DNA from: Mytilus edulis
Taxonomy: Eukaryota
Reading direction: 5' to 3'
NCBI RefSeq assembly: GCF_963676685.1
Contig: NC_092344.1
Span: forward strand, 113,460,001-113,524,000
Length of the DNA: 64,000 nucleotides
Both the position numbers and the translations under genes were made by a program. The notes under the pieces are model-generated. The model was not told where the DNA came from and did no database searches. It saw nothing but the letters and a program-made list of their open reading frames with translations. Every line of letters begins with the position of its first letter. Position 1 is the stretch's first letter. Shown here one piece after another: positions 40,301 through 50,837 of the stretch.

Positions 40301-41292
40301 CATATGCAATCTGTAAATTGAACCAATTGCTAACACAATGGTGGTCTACAAAACGGAATATTGGTTGAAAGAAGTAAGAGCCAAACATTAGGAATAACAC
40401 TATATGTATAGTATGATGAATAAATAAAGACAGGGTTTTGAAAAGGATGTGTATGTCTCCTAGTATACAATTGCATTTAACAATTATATAATATACATTA
40501 CATCTTTTCAGTTATGAATTACAATTACTTGTGAATACCCGATTAAGATTTATGGTTTTTAAAACTTGTCAGATGTGTAACTTGAATATAACATTTATGT
40601 GATTTGTACACGACTTGTTACATGACTTACCTACAGCTGCCATTGTTTTGACACATATTCTTCTCAATCATAGGGTTACAATGTGGACCATACTGACACT
40701 CCTCCCCAGAGAAGTTCGGAAAGCAATGACATTTATATTCGGAGTAGTCCGCACTAGCATAACAGTTACCAAGGTATGAACAATCAAAAGCCGAGCAAGT
40801 CCATTTACTGTCCACTTCATGTTTACTGACCATTTCATAGGTAATGTTAAATCCATAAACATCAATTAAATGGTCCAACACACGAAGGTGAATATTGCCC
40901 ATCTCTTGAACGGCGAATCGTAATACCATGAACGGTTTGTGGGCGACGATTGACCAGATTTCATCTTCACAGTTGACCGTGGCTAGTTTGCGTTCTCCTA
41001 TCCACTCATCTTTGTTAGTATAGTGATCGAATTCATAAACATGGAAAAATCCTTTAAGGTAATACTGTGTCAAATATAAAACAATTTTGAGTTTTGGTGG
41101 AGCTTGTATAACCCATTCACAAAACACGGGTGTCTCGAAAGGTCCAGGATAATTAGGTGACTGTATTACTCCTTGTTTCTGTGTTAACCGACCACCACAT
41201 CGATTATATTGACCACTACACACCGATATCAAAACATATATCATCAATATCAACGTCACTAGCTTAACGATGGTCATGGTACACGATGTCAT
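6754..41292 (-). CDS. Adhesion G protein-coupled receptor (SP-CUB-EGFx3-SEA-like-Igx2-HormR-GAIN/GPS-7TM), 29 coding exons, ~1428 aa
   Basis: The 29 exons listed separately have AG acceptors and GT donors (one GC) with matching phases. They sum to 4287 nt with no internal stop. Diagnostic CUB, EGF, Ig, HormR, GPS and class B2 7TM motifs occur in the expected order. Confidence 0.92.
7905..8026. mobile_element. Palindromic MITE-like hairpin
   Basis: AGGGTTATTGCTTGAATATTGGGGAATATTGTCC ... GGACAATATTCCCCAATATTCATGCAATAACCCT inverted arms. Confidence 0.7.
8185..8315. repeat. ~28-bp tandem repeat (x4-5) abutting the exon 28 donor
   Basis: TTATTGCTTTTGTCTGACTTATCGAATTA-like units. Confidence 0.8.
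8321..8351 (-). CDS. aGPCR exon 28 (NRNQSSSSFKG)
   Basis: ttttcag/gtaatt, 31 nt, phase 0 to 1. Confidence 0.7.
8920..8982 (-). CDS. aGPCR exon 27 (IMTILWRRLSPFKNKPPMQQM; helix 8 region)
   Basis: cttcag/gtaggt, 63 nt, phase 0 to 0. Confidence 0.7.
9412..10003. mobile_element. Non-autonomous DNA transposon with TTAA TSD (Kolobok-like termini)
   Basis: TTAA|GGTAGATCATAAGTATA ... TATACCATGAATCTACC|TTAA imperfect TIRs. Confidence 0.7.
10205..10246 (-). CDS. aGPCR exon 26 (VMVIFISRCVIDKE; end of TM7)
   Basis: Resembles the aGPCR TM7 motif FIFIFHC...KE. ttgtag/gtacgg, phase 0 to 0. Confidence 0.8.
10844..10970 (-). CDS. aGPCR exon 25 (TM6-TM7)
   Basis: VTCLKSISILLLLNVVSYLSTG...YVISYSILVILL. tttcag/gtaagt, phase 2 to 0. 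Confidence 0.8.
12004..12089 (-). CDS. aGPCR exon 24 (TM5-ICL3)
   Basis: AILFMLIFALHSCIRHQDEARYTSKRTF. ttttag/gtgaga, phase 0 to 2. Confidence 0.8.
12662..12728 (-). CDS. aGPCR exon 23 (ECL2-TM5)
   Basis: CWIEGDQWHFYGFIIPIVALDI contains the class B CW..F..P motif. Phase 2 to 0. Confidence 0.9.
13001..13076 (-). CDS. aGPCR exon 22 (TM4)
   Basis: (V)IPVILAIFFGVASKIFPANDNSLL completes the GWxxP motif. Phase 1 to 2. Confidence 0.85.
13873..14023 (-). CDS. aGPCR exon 21 (TM3-ICL2)
   Basis: ALCSVGRIVVYFCFLAAFSCLFAESMHIY...YLLIGW. Phase 0 to 1. Confidence 0.9.
15872..15974 (-). CDS. aGPCR exon 20 (TM2)
   Basis: WLVGDEYPIHFSFMVSILLQSITFLVCLKNVHNT. Phase 2 to 0. Confidence 0.85.
16176..16285 (-). 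CDS. aGPCR exon 19 (TM1)
   Basis: IPKVVTEPNPALPIIIACIINIVVLGIGVFIYILKR. Phase 0 to 2. Confidence 0.88.
16890..17016 (-). CDS. aGPCR exon 18 (GPS motif)
   Basis: GRWTKNQCTV...TVCKCSLPGHFMVV. Phase 2 to 0. Confidence 0.9.
17650..17705 (-). CDS. aGPCR exon 17 (GAIN, CVSW start of GPS)
   Basis: SSTNKYNQTVCVSWEFDQ. Phase 0 to 2. Confidence 0.88.
17946..18057 (-). CDS. aGPCR exon 16 (GAIN)
   Basis: IKFLSPISDVHSIF...IPIKHTTQ. Phase 2 to 0. Confidence 0.8.
18674..18752 (-). CDS. aGPCR exon 15 (GAIN)
   Basis: MEKLQVLSFKNKAIVSMLSAKEQNP. Phase 1 to 2. Confidence 0.75.
19635..19736 (-). CDS. aGPCR exon 14 (GAIN)
   Basis: VKTDLLPVQIDTGNN...EPEYLT. Phase 1 to 1. Confidence 0.78.
20656..20764 (-). CDS. 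aGPCR exon 13 (GAIN)
   Basis: DMKAAPYFLKINQIISRSISSVLYMEPDSKYTSESI. Phase 0 to 1. Confidence 0.78.
21207..21272 (-). CDS. aGPCR exon 12 (GAIN helices); duplicate in-frame acceptor at 21323
   Basis: SLIDLMNVMLFAANQSTWEEKQ. Phase 0 to 0. Confidence 0.82.
22175..22375 (-). CDS. aGPCR exon 11 (GAIN subdomain A, LYSGDV motif)
   Basis: LEMLRLGYQQTT...LYSGDVELAVSILHELL...ITLK. Phase 0 to 0. Confidence 0.88.
23001..23107 (-). CDS. aGPCR exon 10 (HormR, second half)
   Basis: GYATRQC...WAEPNYAKCQS. Phase 1 to 0. Confidence 0.9.
23589..23900. mobile_element. MITE-like element with TGTTCACACG/CGTGTGAACA ends and internal AATTCGAATT repeats
   Basis: Inverted termini and many palindromic AATTCGAATT motifs. 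Confidence 0.65.
28086..28193 (-). CDS. aGPCR exon 9 (HormR, first half)
   Basis: TCGKSYHKQVMWTKTAGNHFDKERCPSETG. Phase 1 to 1. An alternative in-frame acceptor lies at 28187. Confidence 0.88.
28667..29023 (-). CDS. aGPCR exon 8 (end of Ig1 and Ig2)
   Basis: GTFTCEA...EGESMSIICMS...YTW...ANFSCTVENKAG. Phase 1 to 1. Confidence 0.92.
29395..29658 (-). CDS. aGPCR exon 7 (Ig1), followed by a GC-AG intron
   Basis: MTLSCVARGRPSITFKWFKDG...LDR. Donor AG|GCAAGT joins D-R-G to T-F-T-C. Confidence 0.9.
30090..30349 (+). repeat. Dispersed repeat family (GCCAATGAGACAACTCT... type); related copies at ~47787-48080, ~48490-48590 and ~40110-40280
   Basis: Several similar copies occur within the window. 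Confidence 0.65.
33745..33890 (-). CDS. aGPCR exon 6 (SEA-like spacer)
   Basis: QDSEDYIDIRLYIES...LQITSVP. Phase 2 to 1. Confidence 0.8.
34752..34807 (-). CDS. aGPCR exon 5
   Basis: INIMLQQRGVFSVENVTI. Phase 0 to 2. Confidence 0.78.
35209..35294 (-). CDS. aGPCR exon 4
   Basis: RHKYDIRCDLQNSSTLLTSGERNAIQQK. Phase 1 to 0. Confidence 0.78.
35470..36750 (-). repeat. 61-bp tandem array (~21 copies) made of the last 53 nt of exon 3 plus the 5' splice site
   Basis: Unit on the minus strand: CTGTAACCATGGATTTAGACTTAACAGAGATAAAAGAACGTGTGTTCATATTG-GTAAGTAG. An 8-unit (488-bp) higher-order duplication is present. Confidence 0.95.
36697..36813 (-). CDS. aGPCR exon 3 (EGF3)
   Basis: CAVLDCEQTC...SCGCNHGFRLNRDKRTCVHI. 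Phase 1 to 1. Confidence 0.9.
39584..39678 (-). CDS. aGPCR exon 2 (second half of EGF2)
   Basis: YLYGDYVNICQCVPGYLGSMCEQ. Phase 2 to 1. Confidence 0.9.
40631..41292 (-). CDS. aGPCR first coding exon (signal peptide, CUB, EGF1, start of EGF2)
   Basis: Hydrophobic leader, then CGGRLT...IQSPNYPGPF...CEWVI and CHCFPNFSGEEC. Probable acceptor at 41397, with an in-frame stop upstream of the ATG. Confidence 0.93.
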
Positions 41293-41969
41293 GTCGTCCT
41301 GGTCGCTCAGACATTTCTATATAGTGTCATTTTGAATGTTCATGGTTGGATGGGAAGCGATCAGCTGTCGTTAGTTCTTGTTGTCTGTCTAAATATTCTG
41401 TAACAGATGAAACAATAAGATTCATGATATCTAACGTTATCAAGCATATAATCAACTTCATATTTCCGTTTGTGAGGTGCAATACTATTAATAATAAATT
41501 GTTTTGACAATTAGTTAAGTGTTAACATTCACTGTTCATAACAATATTGTTAATTTCCTATAAGTTATAAGCTACATATGCATAAAACACAGAGATCGTA
41601 CATCTACTATTAAAAAAAAAAGAGGATATAACCACATTCACCCGAATTCAGGCATTCTGATTCCAATTCTAACGACTAATTTAAAAATCCATTGCATGTA
41701 TCCTAACATTTAAAACAGAGTAGAAAAAGGCTAATCCTAGTAGAATGAATTGTTTCTCTATACGACCATCTTTGATATGGCAACGTCAGCTGTGAACTTT
41801 TAATTTTTCCAAATGTATTTCAATTACTTAATTAGAAGAAATGTAATGACTATATATATCGAATTTCTTTTCACTATAATGAAGTTTAGTAGCTGTAAAA
41901 TACACAATTTAAAATTGACTGTAAATGTGCCAATAAATATTTTCTGTTTATTTCAATGATTCGATTTAA

Positions 41970-42885
41970 GCAGTAGACATGTGTCTATATACTATGTCAA
42001 CAGACATGTGTCTATGCAATATGTCAACAGACATGTGTCGATACAATATTTCATTAGACATGTGTCTATTTACTATGTCAACATACATGTGTCTAATTAC
42101 TATGTCAACAGTAATGTGTCAATACAGTATGTCAACAGACATGTGTCGATATAATATGTGAACAGACATGTGTCTATATATTTTCTCAACAGACAGGTGT
42201 CTATATACTATTTCAACAGACATGTGCCGATAAAATATTTCAACAGACATGTGTCTATATATTATGTCAACAGACATGTGTCGATACAATATTTCAACAG
42301 ACATGTGTCTATATACTATGTCAACAGACACGTGTCTATGCAATATGTCAATAGACATGTGTCGATACAATATTTCAACAGACATGTGTCTATATATTAT
42401 GTCAACAGACATATGTAGATACAATATTTCAACAGACATGTGTCTATATACTATGTCAACATACATGTGTTTATGCAATATGTCAACAGACATGTGTCTA
42501 TATAATGTCACCAGACAGGTGTCGATACAATATTTCAACAGACATGTGTCTATATACTATGTCAACAGACATGTGTCTTTGGAATATTTTGACAGACATG
42601 TGTTGATATATACTATATACTATGTCAACAGACATGTGTCGATACAATATGTCAACATACATGTGTCTATGCAATATTTGAACAGACATGTGTCTATATA
42701 TACTATATCAACAGACTTGTGTCTATGTAATATGTCAACAGACATGTGTCGATACAATACTTCAACAGACATGTGTCTATATACTATGTCAACAGACATG
42801 TGTCTATGCAATATTTGAACAGCCATGTGTCGATATATATTATGTCAACAGACATATGTGTTTATGCAATGACAAAAGACAGGTT
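41970..42885. repeat. 27-bp minisatellite (ATGTCAACAGACATGTGTCTATATACT), roughly 33 copies
   Basis: Directly visible. The period is divisible by 3, which explains the repetitive ORFs in the track. Confidence 0.93.
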
Positions 42886-44326
42886 ATTATACAAGATGTC
42901 AACTTGAAACTTTTAATATAACGAGACTATAATATTTTCGAGTAAATCAAACAGCTCATAAAAGATATCGAGAATAGTTCTGTTATTTGCAAATTGCTCA
43001 GATATTCATTGAAAAGGAATCTATTTAAATAAACTGGCACATGGTGAAACAGGCGAGAATACATTGTCATGTGAAATCCCGTCAACGGTTATGTAATTGA
43101 AAAATGTCTTGCTATGAACAAATATTTCGGCCACTTAGACAAAATATCCTAGTAGTGGTACATTTCGGCCACTTAGACAAACATATTTTGCTAAAGATAC
43201 ATATTTCGGTCATTGAGATAAAAACAATTTATTTTCAGTAAATGCATTCATAAAGCTTAGAATATTCAACTATTGATATATCTTATCGAATGGATGTGCT
43301 GAAATTGCAATAAAAAACGTATTATCGGGTTAATTATGCAATATTAACCTCATTGTGACCAGAGTTAGGTAACATGAAATATAGGCTTGGCATGTCAATT
43401 ATACAACTGCCTACAATTCATAAAAAATATGTCATTGTAGTCACTGTCATGTCATGTACATTAGACAATCTGAAAATCTGCCAATACACACGCACTCATA
43501 CTATGATACTGTGTATTCATTCCCTTCCTCGTCATAGAATGTGAGGGTGACCATATGCCTAACCTATGTCAACTCTTTTGGTTAATTGTTATTTATACTA
43601 CACATTGTATATTTCAATATGTTTCCTGTAACACGTCAGATCGACTATAACAGCTTACCTATCTATATACAGTTTCTCGACGTTTTAATGAAAGCACTAT
43701 CAACTTTTTGCACTCGAGACGAGTACAAGCGTATAATTAGTATATAAGAATAAGAATGCATTGATAAATCAAAATATGTTTAACTAGTTGATTTACTGTG
43801 TAAATCACCATAATATATGCATGGTTTAATGTAGTAAATTATTATTTTCTACACAAAGGCGTTAAGATTTAAAACATGGTTCACGAAATACATCACATAC
43901 ATAGCATCAATGAGCATGCGAATGCAAATGTAAATACATGTATATATCAACTTTGCATCGGAACTTTGCATCTTTGCATCGGAACTAAACACATTAATTC
44001 AAAAACCAGTTATTGGCATGACACGGGTTATGTTCTTCTCATATATGTTATGATGGTATGATACTAAACCCCTGACGGGATTAAGGATTGTGCCTGATAT
44101 TCATATGATGAAATCATAATCTTTCAATCAGTTTAATGGCATGTCAGTTAACTGCTAGTAGTCTGTTGTTAAAATTTATGTATTATTGCCATTTTGTTTA
44201 TTTTCTTTGGTTACATCTTCTGAAATCAGACTCGGACTTCTCTTGAATTGAATTTTAAATGTGCTTATTGTTATGCGTTTACTTTTCTACATTGGCTAGA
44301 TGTATAGGGGAGGGTTGAGATTTCAT

Positions 44327-44643
44327 AATAAAATTGAGAATAGAATTTTTAAACATGTTTAACCCCGCCGCATTTTTGCGCCTGTCCCAAGTCAGGAGCC
44401 TCTGGCCTTTGTTTGTCTTGTATTATTTCAATTTTAGTTTCTTGTGTACAATTTGGAAATTAGTATGGCGTTCATTATCACTGAACTTGTATATATTTGT
44501 TATGGGGCCAGCTGAGGGACGCCTCCGAGTTCGGGAATTTCTCGCTACATTGAAGACCTGTTGGTGACCTTCTGCTGTTGTTTTTTCTATGGTCGGGTTG
44601 TTGTCTCTTTGACACATTCCCCATTTCCATTCTCAATTTTATT
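44327..44643 (-). mobile_element. ~300-bp dispersed element (MITE-like); second copy in opposite orientation at ~50429-50725
   Basis: 15-bp inverted ends AATAAAATTGAGAAT/ATTCTCAATTTTATT. High similarity to the 50.4-kb copy. Confidence 0.75.
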
Positions 44644-44735
44644 CTAATTCAAATTATAATTTTTATCAACTTTGTCAAAAAAAAAAAATATTCTGACATA
44701 ATTGACATATAAATGTTTTATAAAAGTCCTATTCA

Positions 44736-45130
44736 ATAGACCACTTTCGAGTTCATCCGTCACCGGAAAAAACTCGTCAATTATACGCGCTTTTATCACC
44801 GTCATTTGTGCGTTTAGGGGCGTCACCACTTCCCTCCCAATGTTGAGCGAGTGGTTGGAAAACTATAATTCTATATTATACGAATTATTCGGCAAATTGA
44901 ATTCTCAAAATTGACAATCAACACTGCTGTCATTAGGGAATTGTCAGTAAGTACCTACAGAGCAACCATTATTTCTAGTTTATCCTGCACAAAGACGATC
45001 ACTAAGACGCTTGATGAACGTAAATAGTGCAGGGATACAGGCGACCCCCTCTATCTGGTAAATGACGTCATAAAGGCGTTCATAATTGACGAGTTTTTGC
45101 CGGTGACGGATGAACTCGAAAGTGGTCTAT
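44736..45130. mobile_element. MITE with ~50-bp TIRs, possible TA TSD
   Basis: ATAGACCACTTTCGAGTTCATCCGTCACCGGAAAAAACTCGTCAATTAT ... ATAATTGACGAGTTTTTGCCGGTGACGGATGAACTCGAAAGTGGTCTAT. Confidence 0.88.
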
Positions 45131-48100
45131 AGGAGTGAAATTGAAAATCGCAGTTGCAGTACAATTCATTTTCATATTGAACATAAATCACTATTTATAT
45201 AAAAGTGCACAAAAAGAAACGCATATAGGTCCCATTCATTTATTTTAATTGAACAATTGAATATTTAAGCAATATATAGTTTATTTTAGGTTGTTACAGT
45301 ATTTTAAATATACAATGTCGGTATTCATGAGCAATTTTGAAATTGTACCCGGATTTAAAACCCTGCCCTCAATCATTTTACCATCTCAAGCCATCGTTGC
45401 AACATAAACATCAAATGTTAATAAAGGTCTGAATACACATGGTAAAAAGATGGAGAACAGCCGTACAAGTTCGTCAAAATAAAGACTGAATTTTAAATTT
45501 GTCATGTCTTTATACTAAACGAATTTATTAATTCCCAACAAAAAAAAGCTCCAAAAATCTTACAGACAGTTGTTCTATACTGGTACTAGTAGACATTTAA
45601 TGAATAAACCTTATTGTGAAGATTGTAAAATGTTTATATGTTTCCTTTATTAATTTAATGACGCTACAATGCACCATCGTCATATTAGATTATTGGAATA
45701 AACAGCAAAGTGGTCTTCGAAATCAATGACTTAAAATCGACTCTTGGGTCATGTACATGACACCACCTTAATATATGTGTACGACGATATCAAGTTATAT
45801 ATGTATATAAATAAAGAGATTTGGTATGATCGTCAAAGAAACAACTAACCACTACAGCATACAATACGTGGGTTTAGACTGTTACTGTAAATACTGTGTA
45901 AAATAGAACTTAAAAGGAACGTGATGTACATGTTTAGCCTAAAATTGCATTGATATTTTTGAAATTTTCGATAGAAAATCAATCACTGGCAAAATCGGTA
46001 CAATCATTAGTATAATAAATATTTACAATATAGAACAAATAAAAGCTCAATATAGAATTATATAATGTGATAATTATTACGTTAGGGAAAACATAATATC
46101 AAGTAGCTAAAATGTATAACAAAAATACCCAACTCAAAGCCTATTTCAAAATCAAAAAGTCCATAAAAACTGACACAATTAAACGCTATATTAACCAACA
46201 GAACAAGTGAAAAACAACTACAATATTCCTAAAATTGGAAGAACTTTATAAATGAACTACTTAAATCTATTAAAAAGCTTTCTTACCTTTTTGGCAATGA
46301 GGGTTTAATAAAATAAATTAAACGACTGTTTAATATCAATGAGTTTTATTTGAAATCAATATGGATTCCGAAGAAACCTATCTGTTAAAGCCAAAAATCA
46401 AAACGAGTTGTCTTTAATTTCCAAAGAATATCGGATATCTTTGATGTAAGGGGATTCTGTGTCGACCTAGAAACAATTATAGATACTATAGGTGTGATTT
46501 ATATCTCTGGTGTCACCAAATGCAATCTGTGCTGATTTAAATTGTTCTTTTTCTATTACATTCATGAAATTTTATCCTCATAGTAAAAAAAAAATCACCA
46601 ATCAATGTACGATACACAAAGTTTACACTGTACTTTTTGAGGATAGATGAAAAAAGTTTGTCTGTGTCCCACTTATATATTTTAAGTTCACAGATTCAGA
46701 TTCAATATTTTATTACAATAGCACATCTCAATTTCAATTTTAAGATGTCAATTTCGGTCGTGTACTGATCAATTTACAGTATAGGTAATTAATAACAGGA
46801 ATATATATTAAGTACATCGTACATCTGTATTATATATCGTATACAGATACTGTATAAATGGTAAGTGTTTTCACTGACGTGGGTTAATACTGAAACTTAT
46901 ATCCTACATTTTGGGTAAAATATCCCCTTATCAGACGAATTATTTCAAAGGTTTATAACCTTCGGACGTATTCATCAATTCAGATGTAGGTGAATTCAAA
47001 ACATACATGTTTGTATCACACAAGTCTAGATAATTCAATTGCTTTTTACACATGGTTACAAAATCTTTACCTACAATATCTATATGTTAAGGGTTTACTT
47101 ACCTCAAAGACAGTCAGAACACAACCTAAACGGGTATCACTAAAAACCAAATCGTTTTGTACCGGATAGTAACAATAGGCTAAACGCATTAAGACAAAGG
47201 CTAAACCCACTAAATCAATGGGCTAAAGCAAACAATGCGCACATATGTATTCTGTAAAAGCAAAGACAGGTTTGTAAAACTATCATATTAATATAGGCAG
47301 CATTTTACGTAATTTAGATTTTATCATATTATATACTTAAATTTGCAATTGAATTTAGATATTTTTGTGAGTTAAAATTCAAAATTTCCAATATAAACCA
47401 AGTACGTAGTTTAACCCATTAATAGAGACCGAAGTTTTCGACCAGGAACAAAAATTGCAGAGATAATTCATAGTCAGGAAACCAATAGTCAGGTAACCAA
47501 CATGACATGACTCCAGAATTTTGTAAAATTAATGCGAGATGACCCCAGGGTGACATAGGTTGCTGGGTTGCGTCTTAAGTACCTGTGTTTAATTGCTCTC
47601 TTCTTTGTCAGTTGATAAGCTCAATCCTTGATAATAATTCATTGGCTTCCTCGATACAATAGATTATCGTCAGTGGACTCATTTATTCATAGGTTAGAAC
47701 CTTGGTATTGATAAATGATGTCCAGAGTAGAATCATTTATCTCAATAGTTTATACGTAATATTTACAACTATTTGTGCAATAAATAGATATAAGAAAATG
47801 TGGCGTGAGTGCCAATGAGACAACTCTTCATCTAAATAACAATTTATAAAAGTAAACCATTAAAGGTCAATATACGGCCTTCAACACGGAGCCTTGGCTC
47901 ACACCGAAAATCAAGCTATAACGGGCCCCAAAATTACAAGTGTAAAACCATTCAAACGAGAAAACCAACGGTCTAATCTATATAAAAAAAAACGAGAAAC
48001 GAGAAACACGTATAAATTACATAAACAAACGACAACTACCGTACATCAGATTCCTTACTTAGGACAGGTGCAAACATTTGAAAAGTTTACTTTCATCTGC

Positions 48101-50044
48101 TGAGCAAAACTGAATTGAATAAAAGGACAAGGCACATCTATGCTTAGTAGGTACACAAATCTGCATAGGTAACTTATAAACCCGCGCGAACAAACGAGCG
48201 CCTCTTATAGTCTAATAACACACGTCCGAATCATCATGTTTCTAGATCGAGTTAAAATTTTATTTCTTTTATAAGAGCAAATATTAAAAAGACAAAACCC
48301 TTGTGATATTATAAAGAAAGCATTCCTGTGTTATTCAATGACAAATATAGGTTTACATTCGAATGTAACTGAATAATTTATGAAGACTTTAACAGAAGAT
48401 CTTCATCAACGGATATAATTTAAAACATGAATTTATAAAATATCTCTTTCTCAGTCTCTTTCAAAACAAAAGACTTCGTATATAGAAATAAGAAGATGTG
48501 GTATGAGTGTCAATGAGACAACTCTCCATCCAAGTCAAAATTTATAAAAGTAAACTACTATAGGTCAAATTATGTTCTTCAACGCCGGAATATGTATATA
48601 TATATAAGTGCATGTGTAAGATGTCAATTGTTAAATTCAATTATTCTGATCAATTACGACAGACCTTAACATATTCATCTAACTTTAGAAATAACATGAT
48701 TAAGAAGTCTGTAAAGATCGTTAGTAAACATGTTTATTTTCTTGTAATAATCTGGAAAGCAACACTCAGCTTGCTCTAAACTAAACAAAGAAGGTGAATT
48801 ATATTTTGCTGGTTCATGGTCACGAAGGACAAAAAACACTTGAAGTCACACAACCTGCACATGTATTTGTCTGTAAGTCGATAAGTTTCTCAATCAATTC
48901 TACTAAAACATGTTCGAAACATACGTATTTTATCCGTTTTACCGAAAATCAAAGAACTGACTTACAGTTAACTCGGATTGTCCAAAGATATGTTGACAGA
49001 CGAGTTAATAATAGGGACTGCAATCTCACTGAATACGATAAGCAGCAACTGAGTTAGTGGTGTTTAATTGAAGTGCAGTGTTAAAAAAAAAAGCGAAAGA
49101 TACCAGAGGGACATTCAAACGCATAAGTTGAATATTATTAGTAACATAGTGTGTTAGTGACCTAATATGATATATACAGGGTCAGTAAATTCCATATGGG
49201 GTGAGAGCAAATTCACATCGTATACTCACTAAACATTAGATCAATCAGTAGTTTTATAGTAAAATTTTAAGTTTCAGCATCTAGTTTTAAAAGTACATGT
49301 AGCCGCACTAGCCGGTTGGTGTTTAACCACATGTGTTTAGTCAGATGGTTTCCAGTAAAACATAGGATTTTAAGTCCACAGGTACCTAAAGTACTTAATT
49401 ATGCTTAATAGATCGTTAACATAATATGAAATCATTTTGGTCATAAAATTACTTGCTAACTTGCTAATTTGCTGCGTATCAAATCTCGATATATAACACT
49501 CAGAGCAAATATGACCCGACATAATAACATATAATCGATTCTCGAATATCAAAAAAATGTATTTAGATGCGTATAATCAGTCACACTTAAAAGCATGTGG
49601 GAAGTTTAATTGTGTAGCAGTTGGTAGCATGACGATAACCCTGTCAGAATGATTACCGATCTATTTGGAACCCGGCCTTCATCTTCCAAAAAACGCCACA
49701 ATAAAAATAAACCAACTATTCGCGCATGGTTCATAATCGTTCCGTACGTGCTCTGTAATACTCCAGTTATATTTAGTGATGGGGAAAACGATAGTACTCA
49801 CTACCACCATAAGAGACAATACTATCATTTTACATGTTTTATGAATTTACTTCTTCATAAAATAAAAAATCCAAGAAAAACAAGATAGTTATGTGTGGTA
49901 GTCGTGCTCTTTATCATTCTGTTTAAAAAAAATTGAAATAGAACGACCGTATTCTTTTTGAATTGTTTCCATAGCAACCTTTATTTAAGAAGCATATTTG
50001 AAGACGAAAAAATCCTACTACCACATTCAATCCCAGCGTACCAA

Positions 50045-50215
50045 AATTGACTGCCTTCACACAAGTGGGTACGCAAAAAGGCAAGATAACGCGAGGGACC
50101 AAAGTTGACCTTCTTCACACGAGTGGGTACGCAAAAGGGCAAGATAACGCAAGGAACCAAAGTTGACCTCCTTTTCACGAGTGGGTACGCAAAGGGGCAA
50201 GATAACGCCAGGAAA
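50045..50215. repeat. ~59-bp tandem repeat x3
   Basis: GAGTGGGTACGCAAAAGGGCAAGATAACGC-like core repeated three times. Confidence 0.8.
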
Positions 50216-50428
50216 ATTCAAAACTACTATTTTCCTTGAACTGTTACGTGGTATAAGCGAAACGGATTTGAGTTTTGAGTCTGAGATTGAAATAAAACTA
50301 CTACGAGATTTATGGAAGGAGTTAAAATAGGATAGCAAAACTTCGAATACCGTGAAGGTTATTTTCGTAAAGATGCTGTTACGAACAACGCGAACAACCA
50401 GAATTAAGAATTTCAACTTACAATATAA

Positions 50429-50725
50429 AATAAAATTGAGAATGGAAATGGGGAATGTGCCAAAGAGACAACAAGCCGACCATAGAGCAGACAACAGCAG
50501 AAGGTCACCAACAGGTCTTCAATGCAACGAGAAATTCTCGCACCCGGAGACGTCCTTCAGCAGGCCCCTAAACAAATATATACTGGTTCAGTGATAATGA
50601 ACCCCATACTAAACTCCAAATTGTACACAAGAAACTAAAAGTTAAAATAATACAAGACTAACAAAGGCCAGAGGCTCCTGACTTGGGACAGGCACAGAAA
50701 AGCGGCGGGGTTAAACATGTTTGTG
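50429..50725 (+). mobile_element. Second copy of the ~300-bp dispersed element
   Basis: Reverse-complement match to 44349-44643. Confidence 0.72.
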
Positions 50726-50837
50726 AAATACTCATTTGTCTTACATTCGTTTAAATAACAACAGCGGAAAGTGGTCCAGTAGCGAAGGAAACGATATTGG
50801 CAGTGATTATTTGTATTTTATTTTCCTGTCGAGATAT

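Noticed and set aside
41979-42921. Repetitive ORFs (MSTDMCLYT / RHMSVDILY) on both strands
   Set aside because: They are by-products of a 27-bp minisatellite, with no splice or domain support.
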